From: a virus
Taxonomy: Duplodnaviria > Heunggongvirae > Uroviricota > Caudoviricetes
Length of the DNA stretch: 64,000 nucleotides
Strand: one strand, 5' to 3'
Virus record (IMG/VR): IMGVR_UViG_2878528002_000001
Span: 98,473 to 162,472 of that record
The position numbers and the translations under genes were made by a program. The notes under the pieces were generated by a model. That model was given only the letters and a program-made list of their open reading frames with translations. It ran no database searches and was not told where the DNA came from. Position 1 is the first letter of the stretch. Each line of letters opens with the position of its first letter. Positions 37,886-47,904 of the stretch are shown one piece after another.

Positions 37886-38269
37886 ATGGAGGTATTATGT
37901 AAAAGTGATTATCAAGATTTATATCGCGTAATGGACGGAGTGCTTTTGGTCGTAAATAAGTTCCGATATACCCTTGAAAATGGTAAATATCGTATTTCTA
38001 CTTATAGTAAATCGAGAGATTCCACCGTATATGTTAAAGGTTGTCAGGATCAATTACGTAAATTAGTAAAACCAAGACAAAGTTATATTTGTGGAAGTGT
38101 ATGTCCGGCTGGTACAGTTGTTTATTACGGATATCTCATTGAAAAATGTCCAGTAGAAGAATATGATTTCCAGATTAAAACGACTGGAGATTTATTCAGT
38201 GGCAACGCAGCTCAATTAACAGAAGTTTTAGAAGAAATCAAAGAGAAGATTGGAGAATATAAAAAATGA
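37886..38269 (+). CDS. hypothetical protein
   Basis: ORF of 127 aa. Confidence 0.4.
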   Translation: MEVLCKSDYQDLYRVMDGVLLVVNKFRYTLENGKYRISTYSKSRDSTVYVKGCQDQLRKLVKPRQSYICGSVCPAGTVVYYGYLIEKCPVEEYDFQIKTTGDLFSGNAAQLTEVLEEIKEKIGEYKK

Positions 38270-38814
38270 AAAACGCATGGAAAGTAGTTTTAATTGTATT
38301 CGTAGGTGTTTTAGCCGTGCTTCTTATGGGAGTATTTGGAGTCCAGGGATTCCAAAATAAAGCGATTTCATATGAAGAACAGGTAAACACAGCAGAATCA
38401 GATATCAAAGTTCAAGAAAAAAGAAGAGTAGATTTAGTATACAATCTTGCTGATTGTGTAAAGCAGTATGATAAACATGAATCTGAAACGTTGAAAGCAA
38501 TTGCTGATGGACGAGGCGGATCAAGTGGAGATGTAGAAAATGTAACTACTGCTATTTCCGCAGTAAGTGAAGCATATCCAGAACTGAAATCTAACCAGAA
38601 TTACAAAGAATTAATGAATGAACTGTCTATGACCGAAAATCTAATTGCTGAATACAGAAGCAATTACAATAAGCAAGTTAAATCATACAGAAGATATGTA
38701 CGAGCATTTCCACAGAGATTTTTCTTAAATATGCTCGGATATGAAATTCAGGACTTCAAGTTGCTTGATTATGGTGCAACTGAGGATGCACCACAGAACT
38801 TATTTGGAGAGTAA
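38266..38814 (+). CDS. LemA family membrane protein
   Basis: N-terminal transmembrane helix and YEEQVNTAESDIKVQEKRRVDLVYNLADCVKQYDKHESETLKAIADGRGG, which matches the LemA core. Confidence 0.7.
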   Translation: MKNAWKVVLIVFVGVLAVLLMGVFGVQGFQNKAISYEEQVNTAESDIKVQEKRRVDLVYNLADCVKQYDKHESETLKAIADGRGGSSGDVENVTTAISAVSEAYPELKSNQNYKELMNELSMTENLIAEYRSNYNKQVKSYRRYVRAFPQRFFLNMLGYEIQDFKLLDYGATEDAPQNLFGE

Positions 38815-38816
38815 AT

Positions 38817-39560
38817 ATGAAAAGAGGATGGGATTTCGGAGATTTTGAAATAACAAAGCGTGAAATTCTTGTCAGTGTGTCAATTATTGCAATTATGCTT
38901 TTGATTGGCACGCTGCTATCCGCCAAGATATCAAATTGGCAGATGGACAGAAATGAGAAATATAACAAAGCAGTTAAAATCGAAAACAATACCGACTTGT
39001 TTCAATATGGGATGGATACAAATGTAGGAAATGCTTTTGTGTATGGAGAATTAAAAGCTATAGATACCGTTACATATCCGGAAATTGGTGGAAAATATAT
39101 ATATGTGGAAAAAGTAAAAGAAAAGTATACCAAGCATACACGACGCGTTGCTCATAGAAGTGGTAATCGTACATATTACACAACAGAAACATATTGGACA
39201 TGGGATTATGCAGGATCTGATGATAAGGAATGCAAAGAAATCTCATTTTGTGGAGTTGATTTTCCAATTAAAAAGATCGATTACCCAAGTCCTGACTATA
39301 TTCAAACAATAAAAGAATCTTATTATATTAGATACAAGTATTATGGCACCGCCACAAAATACAAAGGAACTATTTTCACTGTACTGAAAAATAAAACAAT
39401 CGTAGATGGAAGTTCGTTTTATGAAGATTCTAAAATTCCAGAAGTAATTGATAGGTTGGAGTCTGGAATATGGAATGTTGTTTTCTGGATTTTTTGGATT
39501 TTGTTGACAGGATTCGCTGTTTTTGGATTTTACTATTTAGACAATGAATGGTTGGAGTGA
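38817..39560 (+). CDS. membrane protein with N- and C-terminal TM helices (possible LemA partner)
   Basis: ORF of 247 aa that starts 3 nt after the LemA stop. Hydrophobic segments at both ends. Confidence 0.45.
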   Translation: MKRGWDFGDFEITKREILVSVSIIAIMLLIGTLLSAKISNWQMDRNEKYNKAVKIENNTDLFQYGMDTNVGNAFVYGELKAIDTVTYPEIGGKYIYVEKVKEKYTKHTRRVAHRSGNRTYYTTETYWTWDYAGSDDKECKEISFCGVDFPIKKIDYPSPDYIQTIKESYYIRYKYYGTATKYKGTIFTVLKNKTIVDGSSFYEDSKIPEVIDRLESGIWNVVFWIFWILLTGFAVFGFYYLDNEWLE

Positions 39561-39565
39561 ATAAT

Positions 39566-40042
39566 ATGAAAATGTGTGTTACAGGACATCGCCCAAATAA
39601 ATTATATGGATATGATTTGACAGATGATAGATGGATTGCTCTCAAAGAAGATTTTAAGCAAATTTTGATAGAAAATAAATGTGATGAAGCAATTACTGGA
39701 ATGGCACTAGGGGTTGATACTATTTTTGCATATGCGGTTTTAGAGCTGAAAGAAGATGGGCATGATATTAAGCTGCATTGTGCAGTTCCATGTAGGAATT
39801 TTTCTGGTAAGTGGAATATCTATGACAGAGTAAAATATCGTAATATTATTTCTTTAGCTGATACTGTAAAGCTGGTATCTGATGAAGAATATAAACCATA
39901 TCTGATGCAAAAGAGAAATGAATATATGGTTGACCATTCAGATAAAGTCATTGCTGTTTGGGATGGCAGCAAAAGTGGCACGAAAAATTGTATTGACTAT
40001 GCAAAGAAAGTTGGAAAAGACATTATATTTGTTCAGCCATAA
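39566..40042 (+). CDS. YpsA/DUF1273 SLOG-family protein
   Basis: MKMCVTGHRPNKL.., ITGMALGVDTIFAY, KLHCAVPCRNFSGKWN and VIAVWDGSKSGTKNCIDYA align motif by motif with B. subtilis YpsA (ITGYKPFEL / ISGQLGVELWAAE / KVAVITPF..EKNW / LLLLYDPEKEGSPKY). Confidence 0.6.
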   Translation: MKMCVTGHRPNKLYGYDLTDDRWIALKEDFKQILIENKCDEAITGMALGVDTIFAYAVLELKEDGHDIKLHCAVPCRNFSGKWNIYDRVKYRNIISLADTVKLVSDEEYKPYLMQKRNEYMVDHSDKVIAVWDGSKSGTKNCIDYAKKVGKDIIFVQP

Positions 40043-40327
40043 AAATTTTCTTTCTAAAAAATCCCTTCTTAGATGATTGTAAATTATGTCAAATTTTCTA
40101 TTGTAAAATATTGCATTGACAAGTTCTTATCCTATTCTATTCAAAGTCGAAATCGGTGTAATTTCTAATCAATATATAAGCAAAAAATTAAAAAATGAAC
40201 AAAATCTAAGAAACGATGAAACTGGTCTTTCATCGGAATTTTTAAACTATATGTTGTATTTTATTTCCTTTTATATAGCATATATTGTGTATTTTGTATG
40301 AACAACTGAGAGGATTGAATAAGTATT

Positions 40328-41026
40328 ATGATACATAAAAAAATAGTGAATACATATGCCGCTATAGCCTCAGTGTTTCCGGCAGAACTTGAAAAAGACT
40401 TATCTGATAATGAAAGAATATGTCCTACTTGTCATGGACTCGGAATGGTGGTCGAAGATAATATTTTTGGGCTAAAAGATGACAATTCAGAATTTGGCAA
40501 AAAATATAGATTTCCATACAAAAAACAAGCTCTTTCATTTTGTCCAGATTGTGTTAATGGTGTTCAAACACTTTGTCCATATTGTAAAAAACCATATCTA
40601 AAATATGGGACATATTGTGATTGCCCTGGGGCAAAAGAAGAGAAAGAGAGAATTGAAAAAGAGAAATATAACAAATTAATTTCAAATGCAAAAGAAGTAA
40701 ATGTAGATTGCGTAGAAAATATGCTTTATTGCGAAGAAGATGATGTGTTTTATGAAGATATTCATGATTTTTTTGATCGTTGGTATGATGACCTACCCCG
40801 ACCTGAAAGATTATGGGTAACATCGAAAGTAGAATTGTCCATTGATGCAGCAAATGTAATAGAAGATGCATGCTCAGAATTGCATGAAGATGCGGTAGAT
40901 TGTTGCGATTATAAAGAATTGCAAGGAATATTAGACAAATGGTGTAGCGAGCAAAAAGGAACCACCACGTATTATCCGAATTATACAGAATATGTGACTA
41001 TCGACTGGGATAAATATAATGGATGA
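40328..41026 (+). CDS. Cys-rich protein with DnaJ-type CxxCxGxG zinc-finger repeats
   Basis: CPTCHGLGMV, CPDCVNGVQT, CPYCKKPY. An upstream 285-bp noncoding stretch carries a TTGACA promoter-like hexamer. Confidence 0.4.
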   Translation: MIHKKIVNTYAAIASVFPAELEKDLSDNERICPTCHGLGMVVEDNIFGLKDDNSEFGKKYRFPYKKQALSFCPDCVNGVQTLCPYCKKPYLKYGTYCDCPGAKEEKERIEKEKYNKLISNAKEVNVDCVENMLYCEEDDVFYEDIHDFFDRWYDDLPRPERLWVTSKVELSIDAANVIEDACSELHEDAVDCCDYKELQGILDKWCSEQKGTTTYYPNYTEYVTIDWDKYNG

Positions 41027-41207
41027 ATGTATGTGTAAATATTGTGATTATAACTCGAATGAATGTTGTATTTTTATAGATTCGTTAGACGGGAATTATT
41101 ATTTAGATATTTTAACTTGGAACGCTTATGATGACGACATTGCACATCAGAGAAACTATATAAATTACTGTCCTTGGTGTGGACGAAAGCTAAAAGGAGA
41201 TAAGTAA
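41019..41207 (+). CDS. small zinc-ribbon protein
   Basis: CKYCDYNSNEC...CPWCGRKL. Confidence 0.35.
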   Translation: MDECMCKYCDYNSNECCIFIDSLDGNYYLDILTWNAYDDDIAHQRNYINYCPWCGRKLKGDK

Positions 41208-41209
41208 AC

Positions 41210-41575
41210 ATGGAAAATTTTGAAGAGAAACTTTTGGACATGTTACAAAAGAAAATTCTTTCGGATATTTCAAAACAGGAATTAATCAGTGTGAAATATG
41301 ATGATAGAATTCCGGTTCCGGAGAATTTACTTACAGAAGTATATATGAGTTTAGATATCGCCGTTATTAAAAAGAAATTAAAAGAACGATTAGAAGAAGA
41401 AATGGCAGATAAGATTGCTAATAAAATGATCACGGAGTATTCCAATGATATTAAACTTAAACAAATTATGTGCAACAGAGAACTACGGGAAGAACTTCGC
41501 AGTTATATGCGTGGCAAAATTCGTAAAATTGCAGATGATGTATGTATTCCGGAAGGAGAAAATCATGATTATTAA
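41210..41575 (+). CDS. hypothetical protein
   Basis: ORF of 121 aa. Confidence 0.4.
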   Translation: MENFEEKLLDMLQKKILSDISKQELISVKYDDRIPVPENLLTEVYMSLDIAVIKKKLKERLEEEMADKIANKMITEYSNDIKLKQIMCNRELREELRSYMRGKIRKIADDVCIPEGENHDY

Positions 41576-41912
41576 TTTAGACGATAGTTGGAAATGGAAA
41601 TATTTTCAGCACCCATATTATCGACTTAAAGAAAATGTTTCGAATTTCTATTATAAACATCATAAAAAAATTTACAGATGCAGAATATGCGGATTAAAAG
41701 AAGCTCCATTCTTATGGGATTCATATAACAGTCTTCCGAATGAATTTGGATGGCATCAGTTCAAAGATGGAACTTGGGCTTGCCATCATTGTATTGATCA
41801 TCATGGTGATAGATCAACTGAGGAATGGAACGAGGTGGTTAAAATGCATAACAGAATACTATATCAGAATTTACGAAAGATGGGATACATAAATGAAAGT
41901 GTTAAAAAATAA
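41565..41912 (+). CDS. hypothetical zinc-binding protein
   Basis: ATG at 41565 after GGAAGGAGAAAATC. CRICG...CHHCIDHH. Confidence 0.4.
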   Translation: MIINLDDSWKWKYFQHPYYRLKENVSNFYYKHHKKIYRCRICGLKEAPFLWDSYNSLPNEFGWHQFKDGTWACHHCIDHHGDRSTEEWNEVVKMHNRILYQNLRKMGYINESVKK

Positions 41913-42291
41913 TTATCCTGAAACACTAGAAAAACAAGCTTTAGAGAATATAGAAGTAGAATGTGAAAATTGCGGATCTATTTTGAGTGTCAACAATAAA
42001 GACACTCATATCGGATGGCTAGGAATGAAATACGTGACATGTCCTTGTTGTAATAAAGATACCTCTGTAGAAGAATTTGAGGGAATCACAGTCACTGCGA
42101 AAAACGTAAATTTTCCAACATATTTTCTTTATACGGACAAAGAGCAAAGAAGTGTTGTACATGTAGAAGACGATAGAATCAATAAATGCATCAAAGAAGG
42201 TATTGAATATTTCAGATTAAACAAAGATGAATATTATTGGTTTGTTCAATCTGGAGATACTATTGTAATTGTGTTCCGTTATGAGGGATGA
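41893..42291 (+). CDS. hypothetical zinc-ribbon protein
   Basis: CENCGS...CPCCNKD. Confidence 0.4.
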   Translation: MKVLKNNYPETLEKQALENIEVECENCGSILSVNNKDTHIGWLGMKYVTCPCCNKDTSVEEFEGITVTAKNVNFPTYFLYTDKEQRSVVHVEDDRINKCIKEGIEYFRLNKDEYYWFVQSGDTIVIVFRYEG

Positions 42292-42363
42292 TTCTATGTA
42301 TTCCGTTTATGTATCACGTAGTTTTTACGAGGGAGATATCGAATTTGAAGGAGAAGATTATAA

Positions 42364-42684
42364 GTGACAGATTTTGAAACATGGATGCTAGATGATGGAT
42401 ATGACAGAATATTTCGATATTTAAGATATCGGCAACCAGGGCAATTTACTCCTGAAGAAATGGACAGAAAGTATTCAGATCAACCACTAGCATATTTAGA
42501 TATCCATTATGAATTTATGAAAATTGAAACGGCGATTGAATTGCCGGATGGCGACATTCTGCTGGAATATCATCCATGTTATAAATACGAAAATGAGTGG
42601 GATATTTCTGAAAAACTGGAATATATCAAATTGAGTCAGATTGAATTGTCTTATTATCCAGACGAACAGATTTTAGGGGACTGA
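42364..42684 (+). CDS. hypothetical protein
   Basis: ORF of 106 aa. Confidence 0.4.
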   Translation: MTDFETWMLDDGYDRIFRYLRYRQPGQFTPEEMDRKYSDQPLAYLDIHYEFMKIETAIELPDGDILLEYHPCYKYENEWDISEKLEYIKLSQIELSYYPDEQILGD

Positions 42685-42990
42685 CGAAAGTAACAGTTCA
42701 ACCATATATAGGGTCAAATCTATATATGGTATTACAAGTAAATACATAATGAGGTGATTATAATTAAGATTTATAAAGAAAAACAATTTCTAATATTTGA
42801 TTTCGAAAACGGAAAAACATGTAGATACGATTTTGCGACAAAAACAAGCATTGGTATAAAAGGAAAACCTGTCAAAAATTTGCAGCATCAATTGCAAGGG
42901 TATAATTTGGATCAATTGTGGGATTGCTTTGAGGACAAGAATTATGCTAGATTTTTACGATATATTTAGAGAGCGAATTCACGATATGGT

Positions 42991-43878
42991 ATGAGAAATA
43001 TTGGAACTATTTTGGATAATGTACCATATTATAAAAATCTTGAACAGATATTTTCGGCGAATATAGAAAATCTTATATATCTCTCTAATCATGATACCGA
43101 TTTTACTATAAATGACATTCCTAAACCATTGATCAAAATCGCTAAAGAACATAATATTACAATTTCAAAAAGATTAATTTCGAATTATAAAATAAACCCT
43201 AATGCACATCTAATCGCATACAATCTGGATTATATGACCTTAAACGACGATGATATCTATCATACAATGATGGGAACTGCAAGTTATAGACAGGATGAAC
43301 CTGGATATTTCAATAGGTTGATTGCATCATATGGATATAATGGAAAAGCTCTTTGGATGTATTTGGATCGTTTAAAAACATTGGAAGCTCTTACGGATTT
43401 TGATTACATTATAAGAGAAATTTATGATTATGCTCGTATGATGAGTACTATAAGTGATAAATATGATAAATATCCTCGCAATTTTTTAACTACACATAAA
43501 ATTGCATGCCGCAATTACAATCGATTAAAGAAAGAATTTGAGGAAGATATTTTTAAAAAGAGAATTAATAAAATGTATGAAGTTGCATATAAGGATTATA
43601 TTTTCATATGCCCAAAATGCACACAGGATATCAAAGACGAGGCAGTAATGCAGAACAATTGTGTTGCTTCTTATATTGATAAGGTGATTAATGGAGAATG
43701 TCAGATTTTATTTCTCAGAAAGAAATCTAACCCAAAACAGAGTCTTATAACAATCGAAGTTAGAGATAACAGAATCGTTCAGGCACTCAGAAGATTTAAT
43801 AATCCAGTAACAGACGAAGATCAAGAAGCAATCAATTATTTCAATAGAAAATTTGAAAAGGAGAAAATGGCAGCATGA
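42991..43878 (+). CDS. hypothetical protein, possibly PcfJ-like
   Basis: The C-terminal AVMQNNCVASYIDKVINGECQILFLRKK resembles the PcfJ-family M.HCV..Y motif. This is a weak assignment. Confidence 0.3.
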   Translation: MRNIGTILDNVPYYKNLEQIFSANIENLIYLSNHDTDFTINDIPKPLIKIAKEHNITISKRLISNYKINPNAHLIAYNLDYMTLNDDDIYHTMMGTASYRQDEPGYFNRLIASYGYNGKALWMYLDRLKTLEALTDFDYIIREIYDYARMMSTISDKYDKYPRNFLTTHKIACRNYNRLKKEFEEDIFKKRINKMYEVAYKDYIFICPKCTQDIKDEAVMQNNCVASYIDKVINGECQILFLRKKSNPKQSLITIEVRDNRIVQALRRFNNPVTDEDQEAINYFNRKFEKEKMAA

Positions 43879-44309
43879 TTGAAGCAGGAACAAAATTAAG
43901 ACTTATTAAACCGATTGGCGGATTAAAAAATATTGGCGAAGAATTTACTGTATCAGAAGTAAATGACGGCATAATTTATTTTTATTCTAAATCCGGAGGT
44001 GGATGTATTTCAACTGACGGATGGAATATGTATTTTAGGGAAGTTAAAGCAACAGAAAATAATTGGGCAAATTGGTATAAAGAAAAGGCTGAATTAGTTT
44101 TTGATAAACAAACAATCGAATTTTCCGTAAAAGTTAGATGTAACGACTATGGATTACAGGTTAAATATAAAGGATTGAAAGTGAAAGTTCTTGTTAAAGA
44201 TCCAGATGATTTTGATTATGATGAACTTTTTTCTAAAGCATGTCAGAAATTGTTTTATAAATATTCAAAAAATAATGTTGTCTTTTTTCTTAAGGGATGT
44301 AATTCATGA
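43875..44309 (+). CDS. hypothetical protein
   Basis: ORF of 144 aa with an ATGA overlap. Confidence 0.4.
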   Translation: MIEAGTKLRLIKPIGGLKNIGEEFTVSEVNDGIIYFYSKSGGGCISTDGWNMYFREVKATENNWANWYKEKAELVFDKQTIEFSVKVRCNDYGLQVKYKGLKVKVLVKDPDDFDYDELFSKACQKLFYKYSKNNVVFFLKGCNS

Positions 44310-44821
44310 ATAAATTATGCTTCCTTAAAGAGATGATGAATCCAATTGTCGAGAAATGTTTGGATAAATATGGTGGAGGAGAATCATATTTTACAGAAAT
44401 TGATGCAATGATTAAATCAAATCCTGTGCTGATGAGCGAATACATTCAATATATCACAGAAAAAGAGAACATATATAATGTGATATTTAGTGGTGAAATT
44501 GGACTGAAATACTTTGCTATGCAATTGAAGCAACAAATTCCGAGTGATATTAATCTATTTCTGCTTCCTGGTGGGCTAAGACTAAATCCATTAAAATTAT
44601 GTGAGGTAGACAATAACATATTAGAGTCACGAACAGTCTTATCATCTAAATTTATATTTTTAGACGACAGCTATTATAGTGGCAAAACATTAAATGCTGT
44701 GTCTGAATTTGTGAAAAAAGGCGGAGGAGTCATTGAAAAATCATATGTGTTTTATGATGGCTCGCCAGTAAAAACAAATGTGCAAAGTTTATATAGATAT
44801 TACGATAATTTGGAGAATTAA
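44306..44821 (+). CDS. phosphoribosyltransferase (type I PRTase)-like protein
   Basis: PRPP-binding-type motif FIFLDDSYYSGKTLNAV (hydrophobic run, two acidic residues, then SG.T), with a preceding NVIFSGEIGLKYFA loop. Confidence 0.5.
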   Translation: MNKLCFLKEMMNPIVEKCLDKYGGGESYFTEIDAMIKSNPVLMSEYIQYITEKENIYNVIFSGEIGLKYFAMQLKQQIPSDINLFLLPGGLRLNPLKLCEVDNNILESRTVLSSKFIFLDDSYYSGKTLNAVSEFVKKGGGVIEKSYVFYDGSPVKTNVQSLYRYYDNLEN

Positions 44822-44824
44822 TAT

Positions 44825-45334
44825 ATGAATGAATATTTAGAAAAACATGGTATTGAAAAAATAGAAAATCTTATAGGAATGATCGTATATCATACATATC
44901 CATCACAGGGGATTATTCAATCCAGAATCCGTAAAATATTATTCAAAACGAAATGGATTATTTATGATGAAAGTAGTTATGGCATCGAAGAACTAGGCAA
45001 ATCCATATTTTTTGATTATGACGAGGCAAAAGAATATGAATTTTCGCAGCTTAACAAAAGAACCGCTAGACAGTTAATTAACACCGTTTCTAAAAATATG
45101 GATAATCACAATTCGGAAATCGACACTTTATATCGGCTTCTTAAAAAATATCCGACAGAGGAATCGCGTAAACATTATCATAAAAATTGCGGGAATTGTG
45201 TAAATGTATCCGATGATTGTATAGCTGGTATTTGTAGAGAATGTATGGAAGACGAAGTGACTACTGGAAAATTCGAAAATTGGAATCCGGATTTAGAAAA
45301 ACTTAAAGAATTATGGATTCAAACAGAGAATTAA
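44825..45334 (+). CDS. hypothetical protein with C-terminal Cys cluster
   Basis: CGNCVNVSDDCIAGICRECM. Confidence 0.4.
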   Translation: MNEYLEKHGIEKIENLIGMIVYHTYPSQGIIQSRIRKILFKTKWIIYDESSYGIEELGKSIFFDYDEAKEYEFSQLNKRTARQLINTVSKNMDNHNSEIDTLYRLLKKYPTEESRKHYHKNCGNCVNVSDDCIAGICRECMEDEVTTGKFENWNPDLEKLKELWIQTEN

Positions 45335-45375
45335 TATATATGAACCGATGTTTTTAGAATTGAAGGATGTAAAGT

Positions 45376-45675
45376 ATGTATAAAGAATTAAGTAAAGATG
45401 AAGATTTTTCAAAATCTTACCCTACATGGGTAATTGCGTATTGTGTTGACATCAATTCCTTTTTTGTAACAAATCAGAGACATTTCTTTTGGGAATACGA
45501 TAATGAATTTTCCTGTGAGAGTGATGCCATAGAATATTTCAAAACTCATTTAGATGAATTTAGGAAAATAAGGAATGGGATACTGACCTCAACTGGCGGT
45601 TGGAGTGTAAATAGCGATTTATATTTAGAAAATACACAAGAAAGTTTCAAATATGATGAAACGAATATTTCATGA
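45376..45675 (+). CDS. hypothetical protein
   Basis: ORF of 99 aa. Confidence 0.4.
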   Translation: MYKELSKDEDFSKSYPTWVIAYCVDINSFFVTNQRHFFWEYDNEFSCESDAIEYFKTHLDEFRKIRNGILTSTGGWSVNSDLYLENTQESFKYDETNIS

Positions 45676-45693
45676 GAAAAAAGGAGTTACTGA

Positions 45694-46722
45694 ATGACGA
45701 TTGAAGAAATCAAACAGAAAGTTGCGAGTAAAGAATATAACTTTTTAAGAGAAAATGAACACCTTGGAAAGAATATTATTCTTCTTGGACTTGGTGGAAG
45801 CCATGCATACGGAACGAACACGGAAAGTTCTGATCTCGATGTTCGTGGTATCGCAGTTAATAGAAAAGAAGAAATATTATCAAATATTCGTTTTGAACAG
45901 TTTGTTAATGAAGAAACGGATACGACAATTTATTCGTTTAACAAAATAATTGCGTTGTTGTCAAATTGCAATCCTAATACAATCGAAATCCTTGGATTAA
46001 AGCCGGAACATTACCTTTATATCAATTCTGTAGGAAAAGAATTGCTTAATAATTCACATATGTTTTTATCAAAAAAATGTGTGCAATCATTCGGCGGTTA
46101 TGCAAATAGCCAGTTGCGAAGGCTAGACAATAAAGCAGTTCGTCTTGTAGGACAGGCAGAAAGAGAGAATCATATATTAAATAGTATTAAAAATGCTTTT
46201 GCAACTTTTCCTGATAAATATTTTCCATTTAAAGATGGTGATATTAAACTCTATATAGATAAAGCCGTACAGGAAGATTATGATACCGAAATTTTCATGG
46301 ACGTTAATTTGAAACACTATCCACTAAGAGATTACAAATCTATGTGGTCTGAAATGAATAATATTGTGAAAGATTATTCCAAAATCGGCAAACGGAATAA
46401 GCACGCAATTGAGCATGAAAAACTTGGCAAACATATGATGCATTTGGTTAGATTATTTTACACATGTTTTGATATTCTTGAAAATGAAAGAATTGTTACG
46501 TATAGAAAAGAAGAACATGATTTGCTCATGGATATTCGAAATGGCAAATATCTTGATGATAATCGACAGCCAATACCGGAGTTCTTTGAGTTAGTGGATG
46601 AACTCGAAAAACGATTAGATTATGATAAAGTAAATACATCTCTTCCAGATAAACCAGATTATAAGAGAATTAATGATTTTGCAATTTCCGTCAATGAACG
46701 GATTGTAAAAGGAGAATTATAA
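45694..46722 (+). CDS. Pol-beta-superfamily nucleotidyltransferase
   Basis: IILLGLGGSHAYGTNTESSDLDVRGIAV matches the GS-x(9-13)-DxD minimal nucleotidyltransferase signature. Confidence 0.6.
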   Translation: MTIEEIKQKVASKEYNFLRENEHLGKNIILLGLGGSHAYGTNTESSDLDVRGIAVNRKEEILSNIRFEQFVNEETDTTIYSFNKIIALLSNCNPNTIEILGLKPEHYLYINSVGKELLNNSHMFLSKKCVQSFGGYANSQLRRLDNKAVRLVGQAERENHILNSIKNAFATFPDKYFPFKDGDIKLYIDKAVQEDYDTEIFMDVNLKHYPLRDYKSMWSEMNNIVKDYSKIGKRNKHAIEHEKLGKHMMHLVRLFYTCFDILENERIVTYRKEEHDLLMDIRNGKYLDDNRQPIPEFFELVDELEKRLDYDKVNTSLPDKPDYKRINDFAISVNERIVKGEL

Positions 46723-46958
46723 TATGTGGAAAAATACAAACAAATACAATAATATGATTAGTGCTTTCCAGTGTGATTTTGCATGTGCCAGAGACAGACT
46801 TTGTAATTTACGGTTATCCGACTTAGATACTGCAATTACAAATAAAGATGATCCTCGGTATAAAAGTATCAATGAAGATATTGATCTCCTTGAAGAACTA
46901 GAGTTTCTTCTTCGATACGGGAAAGCAAAAATTATGGTAAAAGAAGGAGAATAAACAT

Positions 46959-47342
46959 ATGGGAACTAAATTTCTAATTTTAATATCTATGGTTTTCTGC
47001 CATATTGTAGATGATTATTATTTACAGGGTTGGCTTGCATCCGCAAAACAGAAATCATGGTGGGATAAAAATTCGCCAGATAAATTATATAAACATGATT
47101 ATATTGCGGCGTTGTTCATGCACAGTTTTAGCTGGACATTCATGATGATGCTTGTTCCTACAATTTACATAATTCTATTTGGCGGAAGATATTACCCGTT
47201 AGTATTTGTAGTCAATCTCATTATTCATATGATTACCGATAACTTAAAAGCAAATGCAAAAGTAATTAATTTGTGTCAGGATCAGTTGATTCACATGATT
47301 CAGATTATTGGAACGTTCATTGTTTTTATCATATGTAAATAA
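46959..47342 (+). CDS. integral membrane protein
   Basis: Several hydrophobic helices (FLILISMVFCHIV, FMMMLVPTIYIILFG, IIGTFIVFIIC). Confidence 0.45.
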   Translation: MGTKFLILISMVFCHIVDDYYLQGWLASAKQKSWWDKNSPDKLYKHDYIAALFMHSFSWTFMMMLVPTIYIILFGGRYYPLVFVVNLIIHMITDNLKANAKVINLCQDQLIHMIQIIGTFIVFIICK

Positions 47343-47367
47343 ATGACATTAAAAGGAGAATTTATTT

Positions 47368-47772
47368 ATGACAAAAGAAGAAGCTGTTGAAATAATCAAA
47401 AAAGATATGAGTAATATTATGGCTGATGAAAATACATTCAGAAGACAATATGATCTCCATCAGGCGGAAGCATTGGCGTTACAGGCTTTGAGTAATGAAA
47501 TTTTAGAATCAAATCAAAGAAAAGATTATGTTAAAATGACGCCAGGAAACATCGTTTATTTAAGAAAAGATAAATTATTTGCAATTGTACTTGATGTTTC
47601 AGACGATGAAATTCCTAATTACATGGTATATGATGAAAATAAGATAGTTCAAAAAATCTCAATAACTGAAGTATTGCCAATTATATCATCATCTATAAAA
47701 TATGACACTCAATTGTATTTTGACAAGATGATGTCGGAATTACATAGAATGAACCATCCAATGGAGAATTAA
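47368..47772 (+). CDS. hypothetical protein
   Basis: ORF of 134 aa with an AAAGGAGAATTTATTTATG RBS. Confidence 0.4.
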   Translation: MTKEEAVEIIKKDMSNIMADENTFRRQYDLHQAEALALQALSNEILESNQRKDYVKMTPGNIVYLRKDKLFAIVLDVSDDEIPNYMVYDENKIVQKISITEVLPIISSSIKYDTQLYFDKMMSELHRMNHPMEN

Positions 47773-47904
47773 TAACTGTCCAAGTATGAATGACATAAAA
47801 CTTATCATAAAGTAGCGATTATCTCTAACGAGATATGATAAGCCAGTTCATTAAGTGGCGGGTTAGGACTGGCATCTGAAAAGATGAAGCAACTTCCACA
47901 ATAA

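Noticed and set aside
40116-40301. 61-aa ORF in the 285-bp intergenic region before 40328
   Set aside because: Low-complexity, no RBS, and it overlaps a promoter-like TTGACA region. It is treated as noncoding leader.
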